A DNA stretch of 64,000 bases from Octopus sinensis (GCF_006345805.1 NC_042999.1:20336001-20400000); one strand, 5' to 3'. Shown: positions 37,666 through 52,400, counted from the first letter of the stretch. Translations and numbers: made by a program. Notes: a model not told the origin generated them from the letters alone.

Positions 37666-38317
37666 AGACCAAGCTCGTATCTATGTCTGCCTGTGACTAC
37701 ATACACGTAAAACAACTAATGAAAGCACAGTACATGCTACCAATGTTAACAGCTGGTAATCACTTGCTAGAGACGGCTATGATTATTTGTTTTAGCATAC
37801 CAGACTGTAGTAACTTTGTAATATCAGGATGTTTTCAGCCATTAAGGATCTTTATCAATATCACTAGTTTCCTACGACAGCCATAACACTGGTAAGTTTT
37901 CCAATGTCTGTCCTCTCAACTCAACAATCAATTCTTACAACTGCTAAATACTTGAGATGCTGAATATATTTAAATACCTACTGACTAATAAGACAGTGAG
38001 CTGACAGCATCGGTAGCACTTCGGACAAAACGCTTACTGACATTTCGTCCGTCTTTATATTATAAGTTCAAATTCTGCCGAGGTCGATTTTATCTTTCAT
38101 TGTTTCGGGGTCGATGAAATAAATAATAGTGGATCATTAGGGTCAATATAATCTATTTGTCCCCTTCTCCCAAAATTTCAAGCCTTGTGTCTATAGTAGT
38201 AAAAAATACTTAAAGACAAATGTTGTGAATATAGCAGGAGTTGCTATCGTTTAACCCCAAATCAATTTTTATTTAAGTTATGGCGTATCCAGTCCCACAT
38301 TATCTGGAATGTATTTA

Positions 38318-39139
<822 letters not shown>

Positions 39140-39292
39140 TATCCATATTTTAGACCGCTACAGTGTAATAGAATCTGAGATTTATCTAGCAGATGAAACA
39201 ACTACATAGATTTCAACAGTTGTTCCATGTGGTAAGATTTAAAGAAATCTATAAAATGTTATATTCAACAACTGTCATCATTTTATACTTTA

Positions 39293-39693
39293 CTAGCAGT
39301 ATCGCCCGGCGTTGCTCGGGTTTGTAAGGGAAATAACTATAAAGCATTTTTAGAGAGTTATAGCCAAAAAATAGCAAAAAAATGCATTAAAAATGGGAAA
39401 AAAATAATGTTAAATTTTTTTAAAATCGTTGACTCATCGTAGACATTTTTAGAGAGTTATTTCCCTTTATAAAATAGCGGAAAAAATGCATTAAAATGGA
39501 AAAAAATTATGGCAAATTATTTTTTAAATCGTAGACTCATCGTAGACGCGCGCTAATACCCAGAAGGGCTCGATATGAATCACGACTATAAGATACCCGG
39601 TTTTGGTTAAACTGCACCGCAAAATGTGGGAGTAGTTAGGAATCTAAATCGTAGGAAACAGACAACACACAACCTTACTTTTATATAGAAAGA
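39293..39693 (-). mobile_element. Non-autonomous Helitron, copy 2
   Basis: TC...hairpin-CTAG ends in an AT target. Confidence 0.82.
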
Positions 39694-41685
39694 TGAGCAA
39701 AGCGGCGAGCCGGCAGAACCGTTAGCGCGCTGGACGTAACGCTCTGCGGTAATTTGCAACGTTCTGAGTTCAAATTCTACCGAGGTCGACTTTACTTTTC
39801 ATCCTTTCGGGGGTCGATAAAATAAGTACCAGTTGAACACTGGGGTGTAATCGACTCATCCCAAGCTACCCATGTGGCAAAAATTTGAAATAATTATATT
39901 TTTCATGAGGGGTTTTCTTTTTTTTTTACTCTTGCAATTCATATATCCTAAATTATCACCTTTATTTGTCTTAGTCGTTTGACAGCGGTTATGCACTGCT
40001 AATGAATGATGCTAATTATATCATCTCTAGAAACATGCATGGTATTTATTTTAGCTATTTCATAGCTCACGAGATCTGTGAAATATCTAAAATAATCGGT
40101 CGGAAAAAAATATCGAAATTTTTTTGTCACGTATCAACAAATTTACTTGCCACATCGACAAATACACACATAGTATTTGCGTACGTACTTATGTATGCAT
40201 TCATATATGCATGTATGTGTGTGTATGTATGTATGTATGTACATATGTATGTATGTATGCAGGTATGTATGTATGTGTGTATGTAAGTACATGCGCAATG
40301 TGAATATAAAACGTACGCGCACACGTTCACTCTTGCTCTCACGCATATTTAAGGACTGTACCCCTGCTGAAAGGCCGATCAAGTTTAATTATAATTGTTT
40401 AAATTATTAAGTTTTCCGATTTGGAATGTCAAAGTTGTAGCATCATCTTGAAGTGATGGTTATCCCGACTCTAGAATTCGAATTCTGTAGCGGTTGTTAC
40501 AACGTTTCCCTTCTAATATATATATATATATATATATATAAGCCTTCTAACATATATATATATATATATATATTAGAAGGCTTGGAGGTGATGTACAGGT
40601 ATTTTATATTAGAAGAAATAAGGTACTCAGAAATCTGGATAGTTTTATATTTACAGATTGTTATTGATATGTCACATGTTTTTATAAATCATATATATTA
40701 GCTCTTGCATCTACTCTAGTAGACTCTTCAGATTTGAATGTGTTTGATATGATTCCTCTCTTTTTATAGTATTATTGAGTGTGTGGGATTGGGGAGAGAT
40801 ATAGGATAGTAAAAGAGGGTGAGGATTACGGAGAAAGTGAGAGAGAGAGAGAATGTGTGTATTTGTGTGTGTGTGTGTGTAAGTGTTTGTGTGTGTGTGT
40901 GTATGTATGTATATATATATACATATATGTATGTAAAGAAATTCTTATTTAACACGCCATAGTACATTCGGACGTGAGAAACCTTCCACTGCAGAAACGG
41001 TGGTGCTAAATCGAGTGACATTAAATCTATCATCGAAAAACCGGAGCAGTATCTTTGACGGATAAAAATTTCATTTCCGTTTCCATGTGCCAAATTTTAA
41101 TTACAATTCTTTGGTCGACATGAAACTATGGTTAAGAAGACTTGTGTCAGATGCTGTAGTATACAATTAAACCAGAACCTACATCACTGTTAAGCGAAAG
41201 TTGTAGCCACACAACCAGATCTATGCTCATTATTTTCTTTCTTTGTATTGTTTAGCCTCTGTGTCCAACAATGATTGCGAAAACCCTTCAGTAATGACCA
41301 TTCTCTCTTTTTAAGGGTACGTGGCTGTGATTTCATGTTCCGATCCACTGTGCGGTACCTTGGGCCTTTGCTTTCTACAGATTTGGGCTAATCAATGCCT
41401 TGTGAGTGAATTTGGTAGAAGAAACTTTCAAGCTGCCCCTAATATATATGAGGTGGGTGCTTAAATGTTGCTGGACTTAAGGGTATCGCAAAAGGTCTGG
41501 TTGGAAATCTAACGTTTCGAGTTCTTTTACAGGGCTTAGAACACTTGAAGCGACGCTCCAATAAGTGTGTGAATCCGAGAGGGGAATATTTTGAACAAAA
41601 TCATAAATCACTGATCCGACTGTACTTTCTTTTACCCAAAGCAAGTAACATTTCAGTAACCCTCGTGTGCGTATATATATATATG

Positions 41686-41973
41686 GAGGTGCAATGGCCT
41701 AGTGGTTAGGGCAGCGGACTCGCGGTCGTAGGATCGCGGTTTCCATTCCAAGACCGGGCGTTGTGAGTGTTTATTGAGCGAAAACACCTAAAAGCTCCAC
41801 GAGGCTCCGGCAGAGGGTGGTGATCCCTGCTGTACTCTTTCACCACTCTTTCTCCCACTCTTTCTTCTGTTGGCCTGCTCGCTTAGCCAGCAGGGTGGCG
41901 TCATTCGAAGGCTGAAACAATGCGAACGCATTGTGACCAACGATGTATAACTACATCTGATGGACTGGTCGGT

Positions 41974-41985
<12 letters not shown>
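41686..41985 (+). mobile_element. SINE family C variant
   Basis: ggaggtgcaatggcctagtggttagggcagcggactcgcgg head. Confidence 0.8.
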
Positions 41986-42030
<45 letters not shown>

Positions 42031-42679
42031 AAGTGAGAGAGATAGGAAGAGAGAGATAAATATATATATGTTTGTATGTGTATATGTTTGTACGTATGTG
42101 TGCATGCGTATGAATGTGGGTCGTATGTCTGTGTATTTTTCGTTTGTATATGATCCCTGAAACAGATAGAATAAGTTGCAAACTTTAAAATAGTATTGGG
42201 ATTTATTTGTTCCATTTACTCCCTTCGAAACAGTGCCCCAGCCTGTCCGCAGTTTAATGACTGGAACAAACAATACAAAAAAAGCTGATTATGAAATCAG
42301 TGTTCTTTTAAATTTATGTTCAGAGAGATTTATCTACGTCGTATTGTCTCATTCGTCGGTCATATTATTGTTGTAAACCTTTAAACATATCTTTTAAACA
42401 TGTGTTTGGTTCTGTAATGCCTTTCTCCAAAATTGTTTAAATAAGTGAAAATCTTTCAATTGGATGGTAAATTGAGCTGGTTGAACAAAATGCTCAATGG
42501 CAATTTTTCCTCCACTTTACGTTCTGAGTTCAAATCCTGTGGAGGTCAACTTTGCCGTTCATTTCTTTCGGGTCGATAAAATATATTATCTGTGAAGATA
42601 CGACTTTTCCGTCAAAGTAATCGACTTGTCCCTCCAAATTTTTTTTCTGTTTTTTCGCCCTTCTCAAGCCTAACCATGC

Positions 42680-42962
42680 TCATGGGTCCGGTTTCCCGGT
42701 TTCTGAGGCGTATGTCCCCCCCTCCCCAGTTGGACGGGACGCCAGTCCATAGCAGCGTTACTCAAGAAACAGGAAGAGAGAGAGAGTGAGAGAAAGTTGT
42801 GGCGAAAGAGTACAACAGGGGTCGCCACCAGCCCATGCCGGTGCCTCGTAGAGCTTTTAGGTGTTTTCGCTCAATAAACACACACAACGCCCGGTCTGGG
42901 AATTGAAACCGCGATCCTCCGACCGCGAATCCGCTGCCCTAACAACTGGGCCATTGCGCCGC
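42680..42962 (-). mobile_element. SINE family C variant
   Basis: Reverse-complement head at 42900-42960. Confidence 0.75.
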
Positions 42963-42989
42963 CACCCCTCCAAAATTGCTGGCCTTGAA

Positions 42990-43400
42990 TCGCACAATGT
43001 TTCAGCGTTCCGTTCAGGATGTTGTGATCGCAGGAACGAAGAGACCTTGGAAACTGGGCAAACATGACTGTCAACCATCACCTGAACGGATCTGCTCTAA
43101 AAGAATGCAAGACAGTGGCAGATGAAAATTTTAAATTATTAAAAGCCAGTGGTCTTGCAACTCGGCACCTGGAGAAGCAGCTCTATGCCATCCTTTAACG
43201 ACGTGAAACGCTGGGGGGCAGGAGGAGCAGTTTAAATTGCTCAGAGTTTAGTTTGGTCCGGAGCTCCTGGTGGAGAAGAACTAGAACGGGTTCCGAGCAT
43301 GGTAGCCAATATCACACAGAAACGCATCGGGGTCTCGTACAAGATGTTGTGATCTCGGCCACTTATAGGCCATGGAAACTGAGTAACTAGATTTATGAAT
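42990..43400 (+). pseudogene. Degenerate CR1/L2-like LINE RT C-terminal remnant
   Basis: SLVWSG....ELERVP......VSYKML resembles the VWSP...LERVQ...SY..RL motif. Confidence 0.4.
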
Positions 43401-43442
43401 CCTAGAGATTGAGAAAAATTTTCAAAGTAATTATTGAGATGG

Positions 43443-43890
43443 TGGAGGCGCGTGGCTTAGTGGTTAGGGTGTCAGCACCATGATCGTAAGATTGTGGTTA
43501 CGATTCCTGGACCGGGTGACGCGTTGTGCTCTTGAGCAAAACACTTCATTTCACGTTACTCCAGTCCACTCAGCTGGCAAATATGAGTAACGCTGCGATG
43601 GACTGGTGTCCCGTCCAGCTGGGGAACACATACGCCATTGAAACCGGGAAACCGGGCCCATGAGTCTGGCAAGGCTTTAAAAGGGCGCATTTATTTGTGG
43701 AGGTGCAATGGCCCAGTGGTTAGGACAGCGAACTCGCGGTCAGAGGATCGCGGTTTCGATTCCCAGACCGGGTTTTGTGTGTATTTATTGAGAGAAAACA
43801 TCTAAAAGCTCCACAAGGTTTTCATACGCCATTGAAACTGGAAAACCGGGCCCATGAGCCTGGCTAGGATTTAAAAGGGCGCATAAAAAT
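43443..43890 (+). mobile_element. Two adjacent tRNA-derived SINEs sharing a 3' tail (43443-43690 and 43698-43890)
   Basis: Two A/B-box heads; catacgccattgaaac...aaaagggcgcat tail present twice. Confidence 0.75.
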
Positions 43891-44566
43891 AAAAATTAAA
43901 ATTTTTGAGATGGTATTGATAGTTCCCACTATAAATATGTTGCCTAATATAAATCTAAAACATTCCAGTTCTCCCTGTTCGAAGTTTTAAAGAAAACGAG
44001 ATGCGACGCTATCCTTAATCGAATTAATAACGCTTGTGTGAAGAGAACCTGGTATGTCTGGTTATAGAAGTCAAGTATTAGACTTAGATCTATATGATGT
44101 AACACATACATGAAAACTATCTCTCAAATATTTTGTTCGCAAAAGTTCTAATTCTACTTCAACGTAGGATAATCAACTGTCGCTTTCTCTCTCCGATTTT
44201 ATTATAAGCATCGAACTAATCATATCTCGGTATACACATTCCGTCATAAAATTTGATTTGTGCTTTTGATCAGGCAAAGGAATTCATACACATGAATAAT
44301 ATCACCGAAGCATTTTCATATACACATCTAAACATATTCTTCGACATGCATCAATGCACATAATACATGCATATATGAAAGCTGTGGAATCTCGGTAATG
44401 AAATCTAACAAAGGAAGGATTTACTTGAATAGTCATATGAAATTCCCCAACATGTGTTCACTAAATGCACTTTCTTAACCTATTGATTTTTTTTAGTTGA
44501 AGTAGTTCAGCCTCAGAGAACTTCACTCAGCTATACTTGCAAACTATACCAAAGAAATGGTAGTAC

Positions 44567-44631
<65 letters not shown>

Positions 44632-45019
44632 GTCTAAACAATAATGTCAAACAATAGACGGTTCATTCCTGTCTTCATTATGTTTCTTACCAAATAGCAT
44701 CGCATGACATGCCTTGACATTCCATATCAAATATGCTGAAATACATCACTGGAAACTTCAAAACTTCACCCAGAGAAAATGTGGGAGAACAAATGGCGAA
44801 ACAAATAAATGATATCCACAAACATATATATGCATATATGTATATACATATTGTATATATATATATTGATGAATAAGTCTCTATACGCAAACATGTACGT
44901 TAATGTATACGTAGGCATACACACATGTATGAATCTTTATATGTGTGTGTAAAGGTGTATAATGTATGCGTATATACATATATATGTGTATATAATATAT
45001 ATATACACACACATATATA

Positions 45020-45365
45020 CTCTTTTACTTGTTTCAGTCATTTGACTGTGGCCATGCTGGAGCACCGCCTTTAGTCGAGCAAATCGACCCCGGGACTTAT
45101 TCTATCGGTCTCTTTGGCCGAACCGCTAGGTGACGGGGACGTAAACACACCAGCATCGGTTGTCAATCAATGCTAGGGGGACAAACACACACACATATAT
45201 ATATATACGACAGGCTTATTTCAGTTTCCGTCTACCAAATCCACTCACAAGGTATTGGTCGGCCCAGGGCTATAGCAGAAGACACTTGCCCAAGATGCCA
45301 CGCAGTGGGACTGAACCCGGATCCATGTGGTTGGTTAGCAAGCTACTTACCACACAGCCACTCCT
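45020..45365 (-). mobile_element. SINE family A
   Basis: Match to other copies. Confidence 0.85.
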
Positions 45366-45368
45366 AAT

Positions 45369-45416
<48 letters not shown>

Positions 45417-45479
45417 TATTATTATTATTATTATTATCATTATTATTATTATTGATATTTCTAATTCTCTCTAAAGGAG

Positions 45480-45730
45480 ACTACGACAGCAGTACTGGAT
45501 ATTAATAGTTATCGCCAAGCTAATATGACAGTTCAAAAAAATAGGACGAATGCTGCCGTTGATTAGCTCCAAGAGGCCATCGCCTCTAGCTAGCTATGTG
45601 ACACACAAACCTGTGTCTATTTTAAGCTTCGAACAAGGGAGGTCAGCATCTTCCCCTTACAGGTCTGGCACCCACAAACTAATTTCGAGGTGTTTGCCTT
45701 TTATCAATGTGGAGTAGCCGAACCCAACAG
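45480..45730 (-). mobile_element. Diverged relative of the 14913 element with an HHR relic at 45672-45712
   Basis: CCACA-UUGAUAA-AAGG caaaca CCUC-GAAA..UGUGG; core mutated. Confidence 0.5.
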
Positions 45731-45738
45731 GTTCTCAC

Positions 45739-45785
<47 letters not shown>

Positions 45786-46379
45786 ATGTTTGTGCGTCTG
45801 TGTTTGTCCCCACAACTGCTTGAAACCGATGCTGTTGTGTTTACGTCCCCGTAATTTAGCAGTTCAGCAAAAGAGTAGGCTTACAACGAATAAGTCCCGG
45901 GTCGATTTGCTCGACTAAAGGCGGTACTCCAGCATGGCCGCAGTCAAATGACTGCCACAAGTAAAAGAATATAGTGAGAGAGAGAGAGGTAGAAAGCTAT
46001 GTATAAAGGTATCTTTATACACAGCTTTGTGTAGCTATGTATAAAGATATCTTTAGATACACGTACATACATACGTATATTCTTCGTTCAAACAGATATA
46101 CTTCAAAAACAAAACACCTACAAACGAAGCTAAACTATAGAGACCGATGGGTCAAAAGAATATTAGTGGAAATTTTAAATGAAATCAGCGAACAATTTAG
46201 AATACAACCGAACAAATTTTGCTGTGTGAGACCAAACCGAAAATGCATGTTTGGTTGTGGCTCTCAGCTACCCTCTGTATATCAGTGTGGTTAAAAAATA
46301 CAAGAGAAAGACGACACGTATGGACCATTGATAAGGAGTTTGCAAATCCAGAACTCAGCTTACACTTTCAGCTTCATAC

Positions 46380-46778
46380 TTATTACCTCTGTCAAGGAAG
46401 GAGGTTATGTTTTCATCGGCGTTGGTTGTCTGTCTGTCTGGTTGGCCCTCTGTCTGTCCGTCTGTGTGCAAAATAACTCAAAACGGTATTTGATGAAACT
46501 TGCAGAAAAAGTTGGTATTGACACTAGGGACAGATGATGAAATTTTGGTAGTGATCTGGGAATTTTGATGGATTCTTGAAGGATTTTTCCTTTGTTATAT
46601 TTTCTTTACATGAAGTATAACAACGTTACGTGCTGTGTTATTTTTTTAACCCCCCGCTAAGGAGGTTATATCTTTGCTGGCGTTGGTTTGGGAAATTGGG
46701 GGATTTTCAGCATGCGTGTATGTGGGTGGGAATGAGCTGCTTGGTGGAGGTCTGCGCTATGCAAGTGCTTTTCTAGTT
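46380..46778 (+). mobile_element. Helentron/DINE-like (HINE-type) non-autonomous element
   Basis: Subterminal inverted cctctgtcaag / cttggtggagg, (GTCT)n microsatellite, ttctagtt end. Confidence 0.6.
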
Positions 46779-46849
46779 ATTATTGGTGCAACAGGATACA
46801 TAATAACCCGCCTGTAAATGTTTTCTTTGTGAAACAGTTTGCCTGGGGC

Positions 46850-47875
46850 GTTAGCGACTCTGCCAGCTTGCCGCCTTAATTTCAAATTTCTATTAACCAA
46901 CTGCGGTGTTCTTCATCATTCATCTTTTCGAGGTCGATAAAATAAGTACCGATTGATCACTGGTGTCAATGTAATCGATTTATCGCCTCTCCCGAAATTG
47001 CTGGCCTTGTACCAAAATTTGAAATTAATATTTTTATCAACTCTAGGCACAAGGCTCAGGAGGGAGGCCAGTCGATTGGATCGACCCCAGTGCGCAACTG
47101 GTACTTAATTTATCGACCACAGATGGATGAAATGTCAAGTAGACTTCAGCGGAATTTGAACTCAGAACGTAAAGACAGACGAAATACCTATTTCTTTACT
47201 ACCCTCAAGGGGCTAAACACAGAGAGGACAAACAAGGACAGACAAACGAATTAAGTCAATTATATCGACCCCAGTGCGTAACAGGTACTTAATGTATCGA
47301 CCCCGAAAGGATGAAAGGCAAAGTCGACCTCGGCGGAATTTGAACTCAGAACGCAGCGGCGGACAAAATACCACAAAGCATTTCGTCCGGCGTGCTAACG
47401 TTTCTGCCAGCTCGCCGCCTTATTTGAAATTAAAAATTTTTGTACTCTAGGTACAAGGCCCGAAATTTGGGGGGGAGGGGGACAGTCGAATAGATGGATT
47501 CCAGTATGCAACTGGTACTTAATTTATCGACTCTGAAAGAATGAAAGGCAAAGTCAACCTCGGCGGAATTTGGAGTCAGAACGTAAAAACAGACGAAATA
47601 CCGTTTAAGCATCCCGCCCGGTTGCCAGCTCGCTGCCTTATCATGAAAGAATACTTTTTTCTACTCTAGGCACAAGGCCCGAAATTTTGGGGGAGGAGGA
47701 CGATCAATTAGATCGATCCCAGTACGCAACTGATACTTAGTTTATCGACCCTGAAAGGATGAAAGGCAATGTCGACCTCTGCAGAATTTGAACTCAGAAC
47801 GTAGCGGCAGACGAAATGCGGCTAAGCATTTCACCCGGCGTGCTAACGTTTCTGCTCGCTCGCCGCCTTATTTGA
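46850..47875. mobile_element. Cluster of about five SINE family B units, mostly minus strand
   Basis: Repeated family core. Confidence 0.85.
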
Positions 47876-48887
47876 AATTAATATTAACAAACAAATAGTG
47901 TATTCGTGCTTTCATAAAATATCCGAGCAGGAGTGGTATATCTTAACGACTATTAATAACATTAAATACAAATATACTGCGTCAAACAACAGAGTGTTAA
48001 TCTGTGTATTGTTCCAATCTTGAAACGACAATGGCATATCAAATATCATCGAAAACTTTAGGCACAAAAGCGCGAAGATATAGGTTAAAGAAAGAAATCA
48101 CTGAAAAGCAATTCGTAAACAACAACGGAAATATAAAATTATATAAAAATCTCGAGATAAAATAAACATGAAAAAGCAAAGGTATAATTGTTTAACTTTG
48201 TTTATAGAAAAATAGAGAAAAGAACAAGAAAACAGTATTTTGGTAAATCTAATTATCGATCATTGAACTTTATTAACACATGAAATCTACAACTCAGCGA
48301 AATAAATTTGATTACTCTGAACATTTTTACATTTAACAGCAGTTCTTTGTGAAAGTTGAGTTTCTGTAGATTTGTGGTTTTGATTTTTGCGTTATTATTT
48401 GTATCTTTTGTTTTTCTTTTTTTTTTGGTTTAATTTTTTTTTTCTGAAATATAGTTTTAAATTATTTTCCTTTTACCCGTGGATACAAATTTTCTGAAAT
48501 GCGTAGTTGATTGCATTAATCTCAATATACAACTTATTTCATCGACTCTGATTTGATTTCACCTCAAAATCAAGAAAGACAAAGCAAGAAGGGCTGAAAT
48601 CTTATAACCGCAAAGTGACACATGCCACATGAACAAAGACTTTATTAATTATTTAAGGGTTTCTTTCCAAGCGCATCCTCTGATTTTAAGGACAGGGGAA
48701 CCGAGATTAGCTAACGGAGATATCAGAATAAAAACACACGCCAGTACCCTACGTGGAATAAATTGAAGGCAACCCGGAATCCAACATAGCTCTGACTCAT
48801 GCTATTCTACACAGATATATTTTACAATAGCAGAAACAATAGTAACAACAACAGCAACTACTACTACTACTACTAATAATAATAATC

Positions 48888-49078
48888 TCTTTTACTCGTC
48901 TCAGTCATTTGACTGCGGCCATGCTGGAGCACCGCCTTTAATCGAGCAAATTGATCCCGGAACTTATTCTTTGTAAGTCCAGTACTTATTCTATTGGTCC
49001 CTTTTGCCGAATCGCTAAGTGACGGGGATATAAACACACCAGCATCGGTTGTAAGCTAGGAGGACAAACACAGACACA

Positions 49079-49164
<86 letters not shown>

Positions 49165-49325
49165 TACGACGGGATTCCTTCAGTTTCCGTCTACCAAATC
49201 CATTCACAAGCCTTTGGTCGGCCCTAGGCTATAGTAGAAGACACTTGCACAATGTGCCACGCAGTGGGACTGAACCCGGAACCATGTGGTTGGTAAACAA
49301 GCTACTTACCACACAGCCACTCCTT
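48888..49325 (-). mobile_element. SINE family A
   Basis: Full-length match. Confidence 0.85.
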
Positions 49326-50146
49326 AATTGATTGGAAGTGTGATCATCAGGGCTACAGCAAATATTCTGCTGAATACCACAGATTTGCGTGTCAGTTGCT
49401 TGACCATAAACCAGTTGAACATGGCTAGTGTAAAATATATATATATCGTTATCGTTTTTACTGTTTACATTCTTCTTTCTGTAACCCTACAGTGTCTTGT
49501 CCTGTACCGCCCCCAATATCTTTTTTCCGAACCTTAGTGGTGCGTAAAGAAAGTATGAATATTTTTTATTGATGTGACGAGCTTGCAGAATTGTTAGCAT
49601 GCATTTCGTCTATCTTTACGTTCTTCGTTCAAATTCTGCCATGGTTTACTTTGCCTTTCGTGGTCAATAAAGTAAGTACCAGTCGAGCATTGGGTTCAAC
49701 GTAACCAACCGAGCCCCTCCCCCGATATTGCTGGCCTTGCACAAAAATTAGAAACCCTTGTTATTATCATCTGTCGCGTGAGGAATGGTTATAAATCTTT
49801 CCCAGAATTTTCGGATTATTAACAAATTTTTTACGAGATGAAGATTTTCGGTTTTGATTATTTTATAGAGGATGCTAGAATGTTTGCATGTATGCAGCCT
49901 TTCCTCAGGTAAACAAATGTTTTCTAATTTTTTTTTCAGAATTTTACGGTTGTTTTCAATAGTTTTCAATACGGCTTCCTCTACAGAAAAATAAGCGCTT
50001 ATAACAAAAAATGTAGTTGTATTGAATACTTCATTTCTCAACAAAGAAATCGTTTAATCTTCTATCATATTAAGAATATTTATAAAATATGAAAAAGATT
50101 TGAAAAATGATAAAAAGAAAATAATTGCAAGATAACAGAAAATTAC

Positions 50147-50230
50147 CCTATTCAGAACGTACATTGACGAAGTTGTTGGATCTCCACCGTTTGTCGACGA
50201 GGATTCAGCTGTCCAATCAAACAGAATTTC
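50147..50230 (-). CDS. Candidate 84-bp phase 0-0 internal exon of an unidentified host gene (EILFDWTAESSSTNGGDPTTSSMYVLNR)
   Basis: Acceptor ttacttgcag|GAA, donor AGG|gtaatt, open frame, higher GC than flanks, no match to repeats in this window. Confidence 0.45.
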
Positions 50231-51015
50231 CTGCAAGTAATTTAACATATATGTAGCTAAGCATTCAACAGACACATAATTAGCAGATAATTTACACAAT
50301 AGTAACAAAACAATTAATTCACGGGAAGCACACAAATTTTAATCAAATGAAGAAAAAACGGTAAAGCACATAAATACATGTTGAACTTGATTTCAAATAC
50401 AGGGGAAATGGTTCTGGCTTTCATTCTTTCGCCGCAGCGCGGATAAGAATGATTTACCCTTGTGAGTAGTATGACAACAAATATATCAGTCAGTTTCTTT
50501 GTGTAAAACGGAAAAAGTAAATGAAAGTGATATTTCTACATCTCGATAGGAAATTATCTTATGCTACCAAAAATGCAATTGTGCGCAACCCTACCCCGTG
50601 TAGTACAAGAGCCTAAATCTCTGGTTGGACGAGATAGAGCTCAGTATATTTCGTTTCAAAATTAGGACGAGAGAGAAGCTCAGTTATTGAATTCCATGTT
50701 CAACCATAGACTTATAGCATAGCGTATAGAAAACAGAGCAACTGTGTTTCATGGTTCGTCACCACTCCTCAAAGAGGACGTACCCGGTTTTCTTCCACAA
50801 CCAATAGCACAGAAGATTTTACGATTATATAAAACATTTACTAATTATCGTGAAGTATATTTGCCACTTAAATGTAGCTAACCATTAAGGGTGGATGCTA
50901 CTGTTGCTTGAAGCCCCAGGGGACACCACCTCCAGCTGGCTATTGACAGACTTTCTGTGCGCTATCAGTATTTGCAAAGGGAAGCCATCCTTCCCATCTT
51001 CCATCTGACATGATA

Positions 51016-51060
51016 CACACGCATTCGAGTTTCTGGGTACTGACCCGTCATCAGCGCGTG
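51016..51060 (-). ncRNA. Hammerhead with intact core but a non-cleavable G at position 17
   Basis: CACGCG-CUGAUGA-CGGG ucagua CCCA-GAA-ACUCGAAU-G-CGUGUG; lies in element 50880-51080. Confidence 0.65.
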
Positions 51061-51444
51061 ACAATCACCGATTGCCGATGAAAAGTGGGTCCCTTTTGCA
51101 AATGTATATCATTTTATCCCTATTGTGGAGAGATATTTATCATGTTTGTGCTTTCGACGACTCATCATCAAATTAAATATATTCTCTGCAGAACATTTTG
51201 TTTTCATTTTTATGTTTCCCTCGCAAACGGCATTTTAATATTGAAATTTATTTCCACCTTTTAGCACCGTGTTTGCATCAAATATTCACTTCCTTCTAAA
51301 AAGTATCTGCCTTGAAAATTACACGTCTTCTGTGGTTCTGACTGAGGAGTTATTGCTGTATCAAATAATACAGACTGTTAGATACATATGAAATAAGTTA
51401 CAGTAAATATTTCAACTATTCTTACGGAATCTTTATTTAAATTG

Positions 51445-51661
51445 CAGTAATCCCTCGCCATATGGCGGTTCACCTATCGCGGTTTATTATTTAAGCTTAC
51501 GTCGATTCCTCCGGTGGTGTTGTTTTGCATTTATAATAAAATATGTATTTACAAATTATAAAAATAAAAACAAAATGTACGGTACTGTTTCTACTTCGCG
51601 GATATTCATCTATCACGGGGTTTGTTTTGGAAAGTAACACCCGCGATAGTCGAAGGTGTGT
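51445..51661. mobile_element. Tc1/mariner-type MITE of the same family as 38318
   Basis: cagtaatccctcgccatat start; diverged right TIR. Confidence 0.7.
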
Positions 51662-51821
51662 AGATTGTGATTGTCACATTGACCACGACAGAGAAAGTCC
51701 TCATGGTGATACCTGCTGAGAGGCCTACAAAAAGTTTCAGAAAGTGTATGGAGAGGAGTATATGAACTGCACACAAGTGTACGAGGGTTTCAGACGTTTC
51801 CAAGATGGCCGACAAATTACT

Positions 51822-52400
51822 GAGGGAAAAAATGTGTCGATTCTATGGGACTTCCCAGTACATACCGACAAAACTATAAAAGCTAATAAACCGGATATTA
51901 TTATAAAATATCAGACAAAAAAGATGTGTTTGTTAATTGACATGAGTATCCCTTGCGATCACAATATAGCGGAGAAAGAATTTGACAAGATCAGTAAATA
52001 TAAAGACTTCCTAATAGAAATTTTAAAAAATGTGACATCGCAAGGCGACTACAGTACCAGTGATTGTAGGATGTCTAGGAATGATAAAAGAAGGTACTGA
52101 AATCTATTTTAAAATGATACCAGGCTTACCATCCCTACAGGAAGTGCAAAAAATAGTGTTAACGGGAACGACTCATGTACTGAAAAGAGCATTATCGATG
52201 TGAAAACAACATCCATTCATGAATTTATTTATTTATCAATTTTTTCAAAATGCATATTTTACCTGTGAATTTGCGTGTGTAATCTGGGAATGCATGCAAT
52301 GAGCTTCTCTGCCCTAGGTGTATGGAAAACACCCAACGAGAAACGGAAGAAAATTTGAAGAAAGAAGGAAAAAAACGAATAAAATAATGATAATAATGTA
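51822..52400 (+). mobile_element. R4/Dong-type non-LTR 3' fragment (restriction-like endonuclease) with (AAT)n tail
   Basis: ILWDFPVHTDKTIKANKPDII...LIDMSIP.D.NI..KE.DKISKYKD. Confidence 0.85.

Noticed and set aside
41686-41760. tRNA gene (also SINE heads at 12300-12372, 37327 and 43698)
   Set aside because: A/B boxes are present but there is no complete acceptor stem, and each continues into a SINE body
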